57,936 nt of DNA from Methanothrix sp. (GTDB lineage: Archaea; Halobacteriota; Methanosarcinia; Methanotrichales; Methanotrichaceae): contig JAUCQD010000187.1 of the NCBI GenBank assembly GCA_030372945.1, positions 1 to 57,936 on the forward strand. The letters are read 5' to 3'. Both the position numbers and the translations under genes were made by a program. This document shows positions 36,216 to 46,014 of the stretch, in pieces (within the stretch, counting starts at the first letter, position 1; the number at the start of each line of letters is the position of its first letter). The notes below the pieces were generated by a model, which worked only from the letters and a program-made list of their open reading frames with translations, was not told where the DNA came from and searched no databases.

Positions 36216-36512
36216 CTATTGTTTTCTCAAGTTGACATACGCTTGAAAGATGAGTTGGGCATCTAGACGAAGAGCAGCCTGAAGGGCTGATTGAAGCTGT
36301 TTCACGTCCCGAGCTTCAGTCTCTGTCCAGATGTGTCGACAGAAGAGTTCATTGTGGAGTCGAGTTGCCAGTGGTTCTGGTAAATTGAGATCATCGATGA
36401 TCTCGGGGGGACCCACAGGAATCCCTTGAGGGGCTTCGGAGTCTTTAGCCCCGTCGGGAAGAAGGACTCGATACCATCGACCTCGACTATCTTGATAATC
36501 TACAGGCTTCAC
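36216..36512 (-). CDS. Hypothetical virion morphogenesis protein
   Basis: GTG start at 36512 with AAGGAGG RBS; GTGA overlap. Confidence 0.7.
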   Translation of the reverse strand: MKPVDYQDSRGRWYRVLLPDGAKDSEAPQGIPVGPPEIIDDLNLPEPLATRLHNELFCRHIWTETEARDVKQLQSALQAALRLDAQLIFQAYVNLRKQ

Positions 36513-37711
36513 CGACTGATCCTCCTTCCTTCCTGGAAGCATCGCCTCCAAGCATATATGGACCCTCGATATGTCCCGAAGGGACAAGCTAGATCCGAAG
36601 GATTGACGACATAAGAATGATCGTCTTGAACTCGAGAGAGATCCTCAACCCAACGATCGATGTAGCTCTCTACGTTGGAGCAAGAACAGACAGGTCGATC
36701 GAGGAGAGTACACGAGAGGGCTACGATCGTTGTCTCCCAGTAGGGATCCATCGTAATCTTCGAGAGGGGTGACCCCGGGAGTTCATATCCCGAGTAGTAC
36801 CGACATCGAACTCGATCAGGGGGGACAGAATTCAGGAGGGATACCCTCGAGAAAGTCTCCGATTCAGCATCCCAAGTCCCAGGAGAGAAGGAGACCAGTC
36901 CCAGTCGGGCATCTCGGGTATGGAGACACCCATCCTGATAGGTCCCCTCGCAGGGAGGGTCCGAACATTCTCCTGATTCGGGACCCCAGAGAAGCTGAGC
37001 CTGAATCGAAGGGTCGTTGTAGACCCGATAGATATCCACAGTTGATACAAACGACGCAGGATCGTCTCCATCTATTACAGAGACAGCCCAGACCTCAGCA
37101 AGATCGGGATCTCCTAGGAGCCAGCTTTGAATCTGAATGATGAAGTTCCCACCACTCAGGGAGACTTTTATGGGACGAATCTCCCAGGCAGGTTCAGCGG
37201 AGTGACCCGAGAAGAAAGCCCGAATCTCTGAGACATCGGTCAGTGATCCAGCGGGGACAGTAACTGTCCCAAGCTCGTTGAACCCATCTCCATCGGGATC
37301 CGAGAAGACGATTGGGGCTGAAGCTTCAACTGAAGTTGTAGCTCGGACCCCTCCCGAGATGAAGTGGGGGAGGACCTCTAGACTCTTCACACGAGAGAGA
37401 CTATCGAAGAGAGTCCGAATCTCAGGCTTCGCGGATCGAGGGAAGTTGACAATCCGATCATCCCAGTCGGGAAGGAGATTGTACCCGACAGTCTCGGCCA
37501 ACTGAACCTCAGCCATACGAATAGCTATAGCTACCTGTTCTCGACTAACACGATCCGAATCCTGCCAGTCGTATTGAAACCACCCCTCACCACAGGTCTT
37601 TCGACCATTCAGCACGGTCGAGGTCATTTGATTGAAGTGAAGGGGGTTCAACCCGATGAGTTGAGCCCAGCGATCCAGAGAAAGCCAAGTGGGAGTAGAT
37701 GCTCTAGCCAT
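36509..37711 (-). CDS. Putative head-tail adaptor / structural protein
   Basis: Position between capsid and tail genes. Confidence 0.5.
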   Translation of the reverse strand: MARASTPTWLSLDRWAQLIGLNPLHFNQMTSTVLNGRKTCGEGWFQYDWQDSDRVSREQVAIAIRMAEVQLAETVGYNLLPDWDDRIVNFPRSAKPEIRTLFDSLSRVKSLEVLPHFISGGVRATTSVEASAPIVFSDPDGDGFNELGTVTVPAGSLTDVSEIRAFFSGHSAEPAWEIRPIKVSLSGGNFIIQIQSWLLGDPDLAEVWAVSVIDGDDPASFVSTVDIYRVYNDPSIQAQLLWGPESGECSDPPCEGTYQDGCLHTRDARLGLVSFSPGTWDAESETFSRVSLLNSVPPDRVRCRYYSGYELPGSPLSKITMDPYWETTIVALSCTLLDRPVCSCSNVESYIDRWVEDLSRVQDDHSYVVNPSDLACPFGTYRGSIYAWRRCFQEGRRISR

Positions 37712-38021
37712 TAGCTACCCTTTCGACTATCAGAGCTCCCGCACTTAGAGCAAAGGGAACTCCCAAATAGAACACAATCTGGGGCTGTATCAACCACAAG
37801 ATGAAGTAGAAGATACCTATCCAGATAGAGAGACACCATTTACAGACGAGAACTTCCGCGAAGAAGCTGTGAGGCCAATGAGTCGGGAACCCTGCATCGT
37901 CGTGCTGAATCCCAGCAAGACTTCGAATCTTCACGAAGATATCGAACGGCCCTCGTTCAGAGCTGAACAGGGAGGCAACTCTCCACACAACCAGAGAACC
38001 GAAGACGAGTTGAAAGAACAT
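37704..38021 (-). CDS. DUF1360-like membrane protein
   Basis: VWR..SL...E.GPF..F..IR and CKWCLSIW. Confidence 0.7.
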   Translation of the reverse strand: MFFQLVFGSLVVWRVASLFSSERGPFDIFVKIRSLAGIQHDDAGFPTHWPHSFFAEVLVCKWCLSIWIGIFYFILWLIQPQIVFYLGVPFALSAGALIVERVANG

Positions 38022-38023
38022 TT

Positions 38024-38740
38024 CTACTCCCGAATAAATCCCAAAGATCGAAGATCTGCGATGTCAGCTCCCGACATGGGGGCCCACTCGATGTAGTCCT
38101 TACCCGACCAGAGGGCGATACAATATCGAACGGGCCACTGTCGAGTCCCCAGAACGAGAACTTTCGGGTCTTGGGATAGACGTCGAGTCCCAACGAGTTC
38201 AAACTGCCAGGGGGATTCATTCTTTCTGAGGTATCGAAGCATGAGGCTTCGATTCCAGATCCCAGCTTGGAGACTCATATGATACTGACTCTGAGGGTCA
38301 CTTCGTATGAGATCTAAATACTCATATGATTCATAGTCTGTCATCCCTACAGCATAAAGACGATCAGCCGATAAGTCCATACGGAGCATCTCAGGATGGT
38401 GACGCATATACGTCCAGAGGAGGGATACAGCATAAGTGTCAACCTTTCGAACAAGCCAGTAATCCTCGAGCATCAGCACGAAGTGTTCGTGAGGGAAGGT
38501 CTGTAGGAATGAAATGAGAGGGTTCGACCACTTCTCTGCGGGGTAGTCTGACATCTGACCCATCGAGACGAACGAGAAGTTCTCTGGCAATTCGAAGGGA
38601 GGGGACGAGAACCCTAGAATCGTTACGGGTTGGTGGGAACCCCAGTATTTGTTAAACTGCCAAGCAAAGGGACGTAGGGCCCAGAGATACTTATCTGAGA
38701 CGAGAGTCAGAACGGGAATGCACTCTGATGTGGACATCAT
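38024..38740 (-). CDS. GT-A-fold glycosyltransferase-like protein
   Basis: LMLEDYWL, SLQAGIW and ESPWQFE motifs. Confidence 0.6.
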   Translation of the reverse strand: MMSTSECIPVLTLVSDKYLWALRPFAWQFNKYWGSHQPVTILGFSSPPFELPENFSFVSMGQMSDYPAEKWSNPLISFLQTFPHEHFVLMLEDYWLVRKVDTYAVSLLWTYMRHHPEMLRMDLSADRLYAVGMTDYESYEYLDLIRSDPQSQYHMSLQAGIWNRSLMLRYLRKNESPWQFELVGTRRLSQDPKVLVLGTRQWPVRYCIALWSGKDYIEWAPMSGADIADLRSLGFIRE

Positions 38741-41475
38741 GCTCCTTCGAGAACAGTTGTTTTCGTAACAGCATCAACATCCACAGGGAGAAGTCTCTCT
38801 CCGGAAGGGGATCGATCATCAGGGATCAGCTTAAAGTACGGGCCCGATCTATCCGAGAGAGATAGGAAAGACTGAGCATCACGAGGGTCGAAGTACTTCG
38901 TCTCGCCTTTCTGAACCCGATACGTAGTCCCCGTAGTACGACCTCGAAAGGTCATCTTACCATCTCCGGGACCTACGTACTCCAGGAGAACAGCTCCCGA
39001 GATTTCAACATTTGAAGCAGATCGTTCGGGAGAGCCAAAGGTCATCTCCCGGGACTTTCTGGGTAGGGAGCGACGCTGACCACACCCTGAGCAAGCCATA
39101 GTTTCCTCCTTAGAGTAGAAACGAGACCACTTCTGACGAAGTGTCTCGAGAAGTTCGGGTTTCTGGGAGAGAGACTTCACCCTCTCTGTCCCGGAATTCA
39201 TTCGATAGATGAAGCAGGGTTCAGGGAGATGAGTACTGCAGATCCCTTTCGACTGTAGAGCAATGAAGTAATCCCAGTCTTCCCATCCCTTCAATTGGAC
39301 ATCGAACCCTCCCGCAGAGAGATGAGCTGACCGAGGGACGAGACATGTGACAGCGTGTCTCATCTGACCGAGAACCTCCCCACAGACGAAGTCGGGACAT
39401 TCTACGATCTCATACTTCGTTCGAGGGTCCTTTGCATTTCGAACCCAGTCTGTATATACGACAGATCCAGTCTGAAGATAGACGTCATACATGTCCTCGA
39501 TTGCCCAGGGCATGAGAAGATCATCCGCATCCAAGAAGAGCAGAGCCTCCCCACGAGCATTCTTCACTCCGAGATTTCGAGCATAAGCAGGTCCTGCTTT
39601 GCCGGGGGTATCGAAGAGTCGAGCCCAGGGAGCCCCCAGTTTCCCGAGGGATAGACCATGCCCAGTATCATTGATGAGGATACATTCCCAGTCCTGAAAG
39701 GTCTGACTGAGGACACTATCAAGGGCATCGATCACATACGATTCGTGTCCTATCCCTACAGGGATGATTACACTCACTTTAGGTTCATTGTGATGAGGGA
39801 TCTTCCAGGCAGGCAGATTGAGACCCTCAGGTTCTGCACTCGCTCCTAAAGGAACGAGATCTGGTCGGGGGTGAGGATGCCCGACTTCAGACTTCGTGAG
39901 TCTCCAGGGATACCAGATCGTCCAGTCCCCTTCTCCGGGAGGAGTCTGGATACGACTCCCCGAACGAATTCTGTAACGAAGAGTTGTCTCCGAAGTAACC
40001 TTCTTGGGGCGATACCCGAGAGAAGAGACTCTACACCAGAAATCTGCATCTTCTGTTAGCCAGATTCTAGATCGATACCCTCCTGAATTCTCGTAGACGG
40101 ATCTACGAAACATCGAGCAGTAGGGGAGTTGACACGAATGTGACATCTGAGCATACCAGTCGAAGTCACGTGGCCAAGGTGTCACTTTCTCCCCGGAGAG
40201 GTCTGTGTCATAGAAGATCGTCATGCTCCCGTAAGCTATGTGAACAGAGAGATCCTGATCCAGAGCTCCCGATAGAAGTCTGAGAGTATCCTTCGATATC
40301 AAATCGTCGGGGTCTACCGGGAGGATATACTTCCCTCGACTGATAGCCATTGCGGAATTACGAGCTTGAGCGACGCCTTGATTTTTCTGCCCTCGAAAGG
40401 CTTTGAATCGCTTATCTTTCTCAGCCCAGCTTTTCGCAATCTCGAATGACGAATCCTGACTAACATCATCATAAATGATGCATTCGAAGTCTTTCTCTGT
40501 CTGAGCCTGAATCGAAAGTAGGCATTCATCGAGATACTTCTCCATATTATAGACGGGGACGACGACTGAAATCTTTACAGGCGTTGACTCGATCTTGAGG
40601 GCATCTCGATAGACTCGAGCATACTGAGACATAATCGTCTCCCACTGCCAACGAGCGACAGCATCTTGATACGCTGCACGACTCATCGAGTCCCAATTCT
40701 TCAAGCAGGTTTCGATAGCAAAGATCAAAGCATCATAGTCCCCATAGGGAACGAGCAAGCCCGTCTTCCCTTGAAGAATGATTTCTGATTGACCTCCATA
40801 GTCCCAACCCACAACTGGGGTTCCCGAAGCCAAGGCTTCGATTGTCCCTATCCCGAATGTTTCTCGGGCTGTTGCTAGGTAGAGACGAGATTCCTGAGTG
40901 AGTAGTCTCATCTGATCATAAGGGAGACGACCCGTAACTTTTAGGTTCGGAGTAGATGTCCCGAACGTAGATACGAACTGACGACCAGGGAGACGCCGAG
41001 CGAGCTCTTCGACTTCTCGAGGAGAACACACGACGTCTGGACGAGCTTTATTCCACAAGATGTAGTCTTTCTTCTGAGGGGGAATACCCCACTCATCCAG
41101 ATCGATCCCATGGGGAATAATTCTAGGGTTAATCAAGAAAGCTCTCGAAACAGCCTGATGAACCCATTGGCTCGGGACTGTCTGGAGAGTCGAGGACATG
41201 AGAACTCTCTTGACATCATTGTTGTAAGAGAGAGCGTCGGACCCCCAATTGTCGTCTGCCCAATATAGCCCATGACAATGAGCTACAAGAGGACGGCCCT
41301 TGGGGTCAACGAAAGCACCTGCATGGCAGGCTACGATATCAGCCTCCTTGAGGGAGTCCACAACTTGGAAGCCGTACTTCGGGAGATACTTTTTCTGAGC
41401 TTCGACGACTCGTCGAATACCACCATCGCCCTGGTCGGGGTTTGAAAATGGGGGATAGACATATAGATTGTTCAT
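38737..41475 (-). CDS. Triple glycosyltransferase fusion (GT4 + GT2 + GT2) with a C-terminal 120-aa domain
   Basis: GT4: ETFGIGTIEALASGTPVV. GT2: SVVVPVYN...DPDD and SVIIPV...LDADD...EDWD. Confidence 0.9.
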   Translation of the reverse strand: MNNLYVYPPFSNPDQGDGGIRRVVEAQKKYLPKYGFQVVDSLKEADIVACHAGAFVDPKGRPLVAHCHGLYWADDNWGSDALSYNNDVKRVLMSSTLQTVPSQWVHQAVSRAFLINPRIIPHGIDLDEWGIPPQKKDYILWNKARPDVVCSPREVEELARRLPGRQFVSTFGTSTPNLKVTGRLPYDQMRLLTQESRLYLATARETFGIGTIEALASGTPVVGWDYGGQSEIILQGKTGLLVPYGDYDALIFAIETCLKNWDSMSRAAYQDAVARWQWETIMSQYARVYRDALKIESTPVKISVVVPVYNMEKYLDECLLSIQAQTEKDFECIIYDDVSQDSSFEIAKSWAEKDKRFKAFRGQKNQGVAQARNSAMAISRGKYILPVDPDDLISKDTLRLLSGALDQDLSVHIAYGSMTIFYDTDLSGEKVTPWPRDFDWYAQMSHSCQLPYCSMFRRSVYENSGGYRSRIWLTEDADFWCRVSSLGYRPKKVTSETTLRYRIRSGSRIQTPPGEGDWTIWYPWRLTKSEVGHPHPRPDLVPLGASAEPEGLNLPAWKIPHHNEPKVSVIIPVGIGHESYVIDALDSVLSQTFQDWECILINDTGHGLSLGKLGAPWARLFDTPGKAGPAYARNLGVKNARGEALLFLDADDLLMPWAIEDMYDVYLQTGSVVYTDWVRNAKDPRTKYEIVECPDFVCGEVLGQMRHAVTCLVPRSAHLSAGGFDVQLKGWEDWDYFIALQSKGICSTHLPEPCFIYRMNSGTERVKSLSQKPELLETLRQKWSRFYSKEETMACSGCGQRRSLPRKSREMTFGSPERSASNVEISGAVLLEYVGPGDGKMTFRGRTTGTTYRVQKGETKYFDPRDAQSFLSLSDRSGPYFKLIPDDRSPSGERLLPVDVDAVTKTTVLEGA

Positions 41476-41489
41476 TCAGACTCCGAGTA

Positions 41490-41511
41490 GGGGCCGGCCG
41501 TACCCGGCCCC
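41490..41511 (-). terminator. GC-rich hairpin downstream of the capsid gene
   Basis: ggggccgg / ccggcccc stem; no U tract. Confidence 0.4.
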
Positions 41512-41534
41512 CGGTAGGAGGAACACTTGACCTG

Positions 41535-42962
41535 TTATCTGGGGGTATTCCAGTCGGAGTACAAGCTCGGAGCTGTACGTCCCTGAACACCACCATCAAC
41601 AAAGTACGGCTGATCCGGGAACGGTTCCCTTTCGTGAGAGGCAGGGCAGTAACGAACGTTCTGCAAACGAGCAGCCAGGTGAGGGGTCTTCAGAATCAAC
41701 CGAGGTTCGGTCTTCACTGTCTGAGTCAGACACCAAAGTTTCGTCTCGGTAGTCCAGAGGTACTTCCCACCGTCCGTCCAGTACAGATAGCCAGTCCGGG
41801 AATCGTTGATACCAGGGACAACGCCCTTGGTATAGTCGAAGAACTCCCAGTACAATACTGGGATGGAGCCATTCCTGACAGTCATTGGCAGCCAGTAGAT
41901 ATCAGACTCGAAGCAGCCTCCAGCATAGCCGGAGTCCTCTGCAATCGCGTCGTCAATCTTGACAGGCCACTGAACACCATCGACCAGCAGATAGTGACCA
42001 TTCCGCATGGCATCCCGCATGGCAACATTCTCAGTACCTGTAACAACCAGCTGGAAGTCGGCTGCAGCGGAAGAGCACCGATCAGTCAGATACTCACAGG
42101 GCCAGATGGCAGTGAGTTCGTGGAAGAGAGATTCCCTCATCACGATCTCCCACTGAACAGTTCCCATATTCATACGAGAGGCCAGGGAGACCAACCGACG
42201 GCAGATGTCAGCAATTTCACGAACGTAGTATGAACCATTCGTGCTGACTTCACGAGAATTGGCATTCCGGATGATCGACTGTAGAGAGGGACAAGACGTC
42301 CCGGTCAGAGCATCGAACTTGTTGGTACCGATGAGGATATCCAGACCGGGGAACTCTTTGTAGCCACCGCTGGCAGTGTTGTTGGCAGGGTTACCGGTGT
42401 ACAGACGAGTCATGAACCAATTCTGGAAATCAATCCCGAGCTCCATCTGACGGGCCAGAACTTCCCGACCTGCGATTGCCTGGGAGGCGGCAGGGAGATT
42501 CGGGAAGAGAGCGGCACCAAGTTCGGGGGCCAAGGGATCGTTGACGATCACAAAGTCAGACAGTTCCGACCGATCGGTACGTTGACCCAACCGGTTCAAC
42601 TCGAGTTCTCGAGTCTGGCGGGTGAACCGACCAAACTGAGCTGTCTGATAGCAGGTCTTCATTGGACCGGCAACAGGGGCGGCATCGCAGACGGCTTCGG
42701 GTTCTGACCCTGATCCCTCAACGAAACCTGTAATGTACCCGAACATCGGGTTCATCTGATCCGTCATCAAGATCGGCAGAGAGGAAGCAATACCAATGGG
42801 GTGGATACGAGTCGAGAAGAGATCCCGTTCCACACCTGGGGTCCCGAAGATCCCACCAGGGCCAGTGTAGTAAGGGTTCACAGGAGTGCCCGAGGGCGCC
42901 TTCTGAACCATCACCAGGGCTTTGGCGAAGGATTCGAGGAGCTTTTCACTTGTTTTGTCCAT
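41535..42962 (-). CDS. Major capsid protein
   Basis: 475 aa; follows the protease/scaffold gene; LYTGNPA...EFPGLD motif; GAGGAG RBS. Confidence 0.75.
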   Translation of the reverse strand: MDKTSEKLLESFAKALVMVQKAPSGTPVNPYYTGPGGIFGTPGVERDLFSTRIHPIGIASSLPILMTDQMNPMFGYITGFVEGSGSEPEAVCDAAPVAGPMKTCYQTAQFGRFTRQTRELELNRLGQRTDRSELSDFVIVNDPLAPELGAALFPNLPAASQAIAGREVLARQMELGIDFQNWFMTRLYTGNPANNTASGGYKEFPGLDILIGTNKFDALTGTSCPSLQSIIRNANSREVSTNGSYYVREIADICRRLVSLASRMNMGTVQWEIVMRESLFHELTAIWPCEYLTDRCSSAAADFQLVVTGTENVAMRDAMRNGHYLLVDGVQWPVKIDDAIAEDSGYAGGCFESDIYWLPMTVRNGSIPVLYWEFFDYTKGVVPGINDSRTGYLYWTDGGKYLWTTETKLWCLTQTVKTEPRLILKTPHLAARLQNVRYCPASHEREPFPDQPYFVDGGVQGRTAPSLYSDWNTPR

Positions 42963-42972
42963 AGGGATCTCC

Positions 42973-44442
42973 TCAACTGGCAGCAGGGGTCGACGGCCGG
43001 AAGGCCTCGTTTACCCAGCTGGTATTGGACTTCTGGGTCAACAGGGGGTCGTCATCCTTGACAACATTGTCCTTTGACTTCGAAGCAGGTGTCGAGGTAG
43101 TCACAGCTGAGGTGGCTGGAGCGATTAACGCAGCCAGCTTCTCATCATCTGACTTCTCGAGCTTCTCGATACGACCAACTACTTCCTTCAGCTGGGTATC
43201 GAGGGACGATACAGACTCCACGACAGGAGCTACAGCTTCCTTTACGACTTTGGGAAGATCGAGAGACTTGGAGATCATCTCAGCAAGAACTTTCGTATCT
43301 ACCGCTGGAGGAGTCGGCTCCTGAGTGGAGGCTTCCTTGGAGTCAATATTCAGAGCTTCAAGATTCTGGGCCATCTCCTTTGTGGAGTCTTCCAGCTTCT
43401 TGACCTGATCTTCTCCAAGGAGGGTAACGAGATACTTCCGTTTGTCGGGTGAGAATCCCATCTCTTTTACCTCCTGAGAAATAGTCTGCAACCCTGTCCA
43501 AGGATTAGCAGCAAAACGAACGGGAAGATCACTAACCTCGAAGGAGTAGTACTCCTTGATAAGGCCTTGGGCTTCATCTCGACTAAAGGCGAAGAAGCCA
43601 TGGGACATTCCCAATTGAACACCTGAGTTTTGCACCTCCTTCAAAGCCGATGCCTCGTCAACTGTCAGAGGTCCTGACATCATCAAGAAGCCATCAGCAT
43701 AATCCCACCAATCTGCGGGAGACTTCCGGGCAGTCCCGGGAGTATGCCAGCTCCAGAGTTCGGGAGCCAGATTAGGATTTTCGTCGAGGAGCTTGACATA
43801 CTCTTTGTGAGAATCAGATGTCAAGATCTCCCCTCCCTTTTGAGGGTTTGCATAAGTATCTCGATCTCGCCACTTATTCGAGACCCAACCAAACCATCGA
43901 TCATTCCCAAGGGAATCTTTGTATAGCAAGAATGACGAGGGTTGAATTTCAGGGTCTTTCTTGATGAGAGACTTAACCGAATCGAAGATCCGAGCAAGAA
44001 GCCCTTTCTCCGCTGGGGGATGGGAAATGCGTTTTTGATATTCATCCGCGAGACTCGAAATCGCCTTTCCCTTATCGGAGATTGTCTCATCCTGCAAGAT
44101 GTTATTTACGAGAGAACGGAAGTCGTAAGTCGTCGAGGCGATAAAGGAGGCCTGATGTTGAGCCGTCCAATAAGCATCCAATTCTTCGAAGGATGTTGCT
44201 CCTCCAAAAGGGACATACAATGAGGGGGAATCACACTTCTCGGATTTCATCAGACCCTCTTTGAGTGTCTCTTCGATAACTTCGACAATCGGGTCGTCTT
44301 CTTCATCGAGCTCTTTCGAGATTGATTGAAAACAGATCGCAATTGCACGGTCTTTTGACAGAGAGGGATCCCCCGACATTACTCGAGAGACACACCTATC
44401 CATCTTAGGCCATTTAGATCTAGGGAGATTATTATATGGCAC
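42973..44442 (-). CDS. Prohead protease / scaffold fusion
   Basis: SN.WRDRD...GEIL...LWSWH...MSHGF...EVS resembles HK97-type protease; coiled-coil C-terminus. Confidence 0.65.
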   Translation of the reverse strand: MPYNNLPRSKWPKMDRCVSRVMSGDPSLSKDRAIAICFQSISKELDEEDDPIVEVIEETLKEGLMKSEKCDSPSLYVPFGGATSFEELDAYWTAQHQASFIASTTYDFRSLVNNILQDETISDKGKAISSLADEYQKRISHPPAEKGLLARIFDSVKSLIKKDPEIQPSSFLLYKDSLGNDRWFGWVSNKWRDRDTYANPQKGGEILTSDSHKEYVKLLDENPNLAPELWSWHTPGTARKSPADWWDYADGFLMMSGPLTVDEASALKEVQNSGVQLGMSHGFFAFSRDEAQGLIKEYYSFEVSDLPVRFAANPWTGLQTISQEVKEMGFSPDKRKYLVTLLGEDQVKKLEDSTKEMAQNLEALNIDSKEASTQEPTPPAVDTKVLAEMISKSLDLPKVVKEAVAPVVESVSSLDTQLKEVVGRIEKLEKSDDEKLAALIAPATSAVTTSTPASKSKDNVVKDDDPLLTQKSNTSWVNEAFRPSTPAAS

Positions 44443-44451
44443 GATTACCTC

Positions 44452-44991
44452 CTACAAACCTCGAATAGAGGTCTCTGATTGCTGAACGGCTTCTCGAAGA
44501 ACATAACTCATTGTCCCTTGAAATCTGGGAGCAACGATATCTACGACTTGCTCCTCGAATAGACGAGGTTCGATACCAGGGATCCGAACAACCCCACTTC
44601 GAGCTCGTCGATAAGTTAGAGTCCCTAGATACCCAGGACCCGAATCGAGGGATCCCGATCGGGTATGAGGGATATACGACGCCCTCATCCCTATGGCTTT
44701 CTTGCCTATCCGACGAATTTGACTCGACGTTCCTCGAGAGACGTATTTCCAGATCTCGGCTCCCGACCCATGTGGATAGACGAAAGCAGAAATCTGATCC
44801 GAACTGACGGTAATTCGAGTCGAGAAACGAACGAGGGTAGATCGCCAATGTTCTGTCGTTCGATATAGATTTCGTTCAATCATATCCCGAGCAAGAGACT
44901 TCATCCCCGTATCCGCTAAGATCTTTCGAACTTTTCGTAAATCGGGAACAGTTCCCTTGATAATCGGGGCGAGTTGAAGACGAACAGCCAT
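44452..44991 (-). CDS. Basic virion morphogenesis protein (possibly HK97 gp10-like)
   Basis: YV.RGT and V.IPGIEPR.F motifs; GGAGG-type RBS. Confidence 0.5.
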   Translation of the reverse strand: MAVRLQLAPIIKGTVPDLRKVRKILADTGMKSLARDMIERNLYRTTEHWRSTLVRFSTRITVSSDQISAFVYPHGSGAEIWKYVSRGTSSQIRRIGKKAIGMRASYIPHTRSGSLDSGPGYLGTLTYRRARSGVVRIPGIEPRLFEEQVVDIVAPRFQGTMSYVLREAVQQSETSIRGL

Positions 44992-45008
44992 GGTACCACC
45001 TCTATTTC

Positions 45009-45037
45009 ATTATACCGAGTTTCAAGGGGAAGGTCAA
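45009..45037 (-). promoter_or_regulatory. Sigma70-type promoter for the head/tail operon
   Basis: TTGACC (45037-45032), 17 bp, TATAAT (45014-45009). Confidence 0.8.
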
Positions 45038-45080
45038 GCCCCAATCTGAGGGTTTGGATCCTCAAATTGGGGCTCAAGAC

Positions 45081-45317
45081 TTACTTCTTCAACTGTTTGC
45101 GAAGAGCCACCAGCTGAAAAGCGACTTCAGAGATTGGGATCCCGACGATCAAGGCGATCAGGACCCAGAAGGTCTTCGAGAGAACATCCTCGGTAATCGG
45201 GACCTCTGGGAAGATCGTCTTGACGACGATCACCAGGACAGCAATGAAGGCCAGCCAGAACTGCTTATTTTTTAGCAGCTCGGCGAGCTTTTCTTTGAGA
45301 GACTTCTCTTCGTTCAT
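45081..45317 (-). CDS. Holin-like protein
   Basis: Two TMs; K.FWLA motif; AGGAGG RBS; lysis context. Confidence 0.7.
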   Translation of the reverse strand: MNEEKSLKEKLAELLKNKQFWLAFIAVLVIVVKTIFPEVPITEDVLSKTFWVLIALIVGIPISEVAFQLVALRKQLKK

Positions 45318-45711
45318 TTGATCCTCCTATATGGGTAGAACGGGATATAAACTCCTCGGGAACCACTCCCAAGGATTCAACTTGGGCTACGAGACGTTCA
45401 GCCCAATCTTTCCAATCGATGAGCTGTTGTTCAAGATCTTGTATCTTGAGATCTTTCTGTCTATCTTTCTCCTTCAAGTCTTGTATCTCCGCAGTCTTCT
45501 GTCGATCAGATGTTTCGAGTTCAGCGAGTCTCGAAGAGAGTTTCAGACTCCTATCAAGAGATGAATCAACCATCTCTTGATACTTCGACATCAATTCTGC
45601 GGAGAGATTCTCCCCTGTCTTCTGAAGATTCTTCCCTTCGAACCATCCCTTCCAGATTGCAACGAGAACGAGAACGAGGGAAGCTATACCTGTGATATCC
45701 CCAACAGTCAT
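45265..45711 (-). CDS. Membrane-anchored coiled-coil lysis accessory protein
   Basis: N-terminal TM followed by a long coiled coil. Confidence 0.6.
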   Translation of the reverse strand: MTVGDITGIASLVLVLVAIWKGWFEGKNLQKTGENLSAELMSKYQEMVDSSLDRSLKLSSRLAELETSDRQKTAEIQDLKEKDRQKDLKIQDLEQQLIDWKDWAERLVAQVESLGVVPEEFISRSTHIGGSNERREVSQRKARRAAKK

Positions 45712-46013
45712 GGTTTCCTCGGTATCCTCAGGAGCATCATAATAGAGATGATGCTTCCTAATGTTAGAGTTACTGCAGATCTGATCAGACCCGTTCCCAT
45801 GAGATCCCTCGTCGAGGATTCAACCCCGAAGAAATCGAGAACTCCTGGAGTATACACGGCAAGCCATGTAACTCCAACGAGACCTAGAACGATCCAGACC
45901 CACAGATATCCTCGTCGATGTTCTCGTCGATAGTCAACAATCGAGAGGACGATGATGATGAGAGCGAAGACAGCATTGATCGATGTCAAGAGGTCCTTGA
46001 TTAGATCAGGCAT
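45708..46013 (-). CDS. Three-TM membrane protein (holin-like)
   Basis: GAGGAGG RBS before ATG 46013; three hydrophobic segments. Confidence 0.6.
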   Translation of the reverse strand: MPDLIKDLLTSINAVFALIIIVLSIVDYRREHRRGYLWVWIVLGLVGVTWLAVYTPGVLDFFGVESSTRDLMGTGLIRSAVTLTLGSIISIMMLLRIPRKP

Positions 46014-46014
46014 C

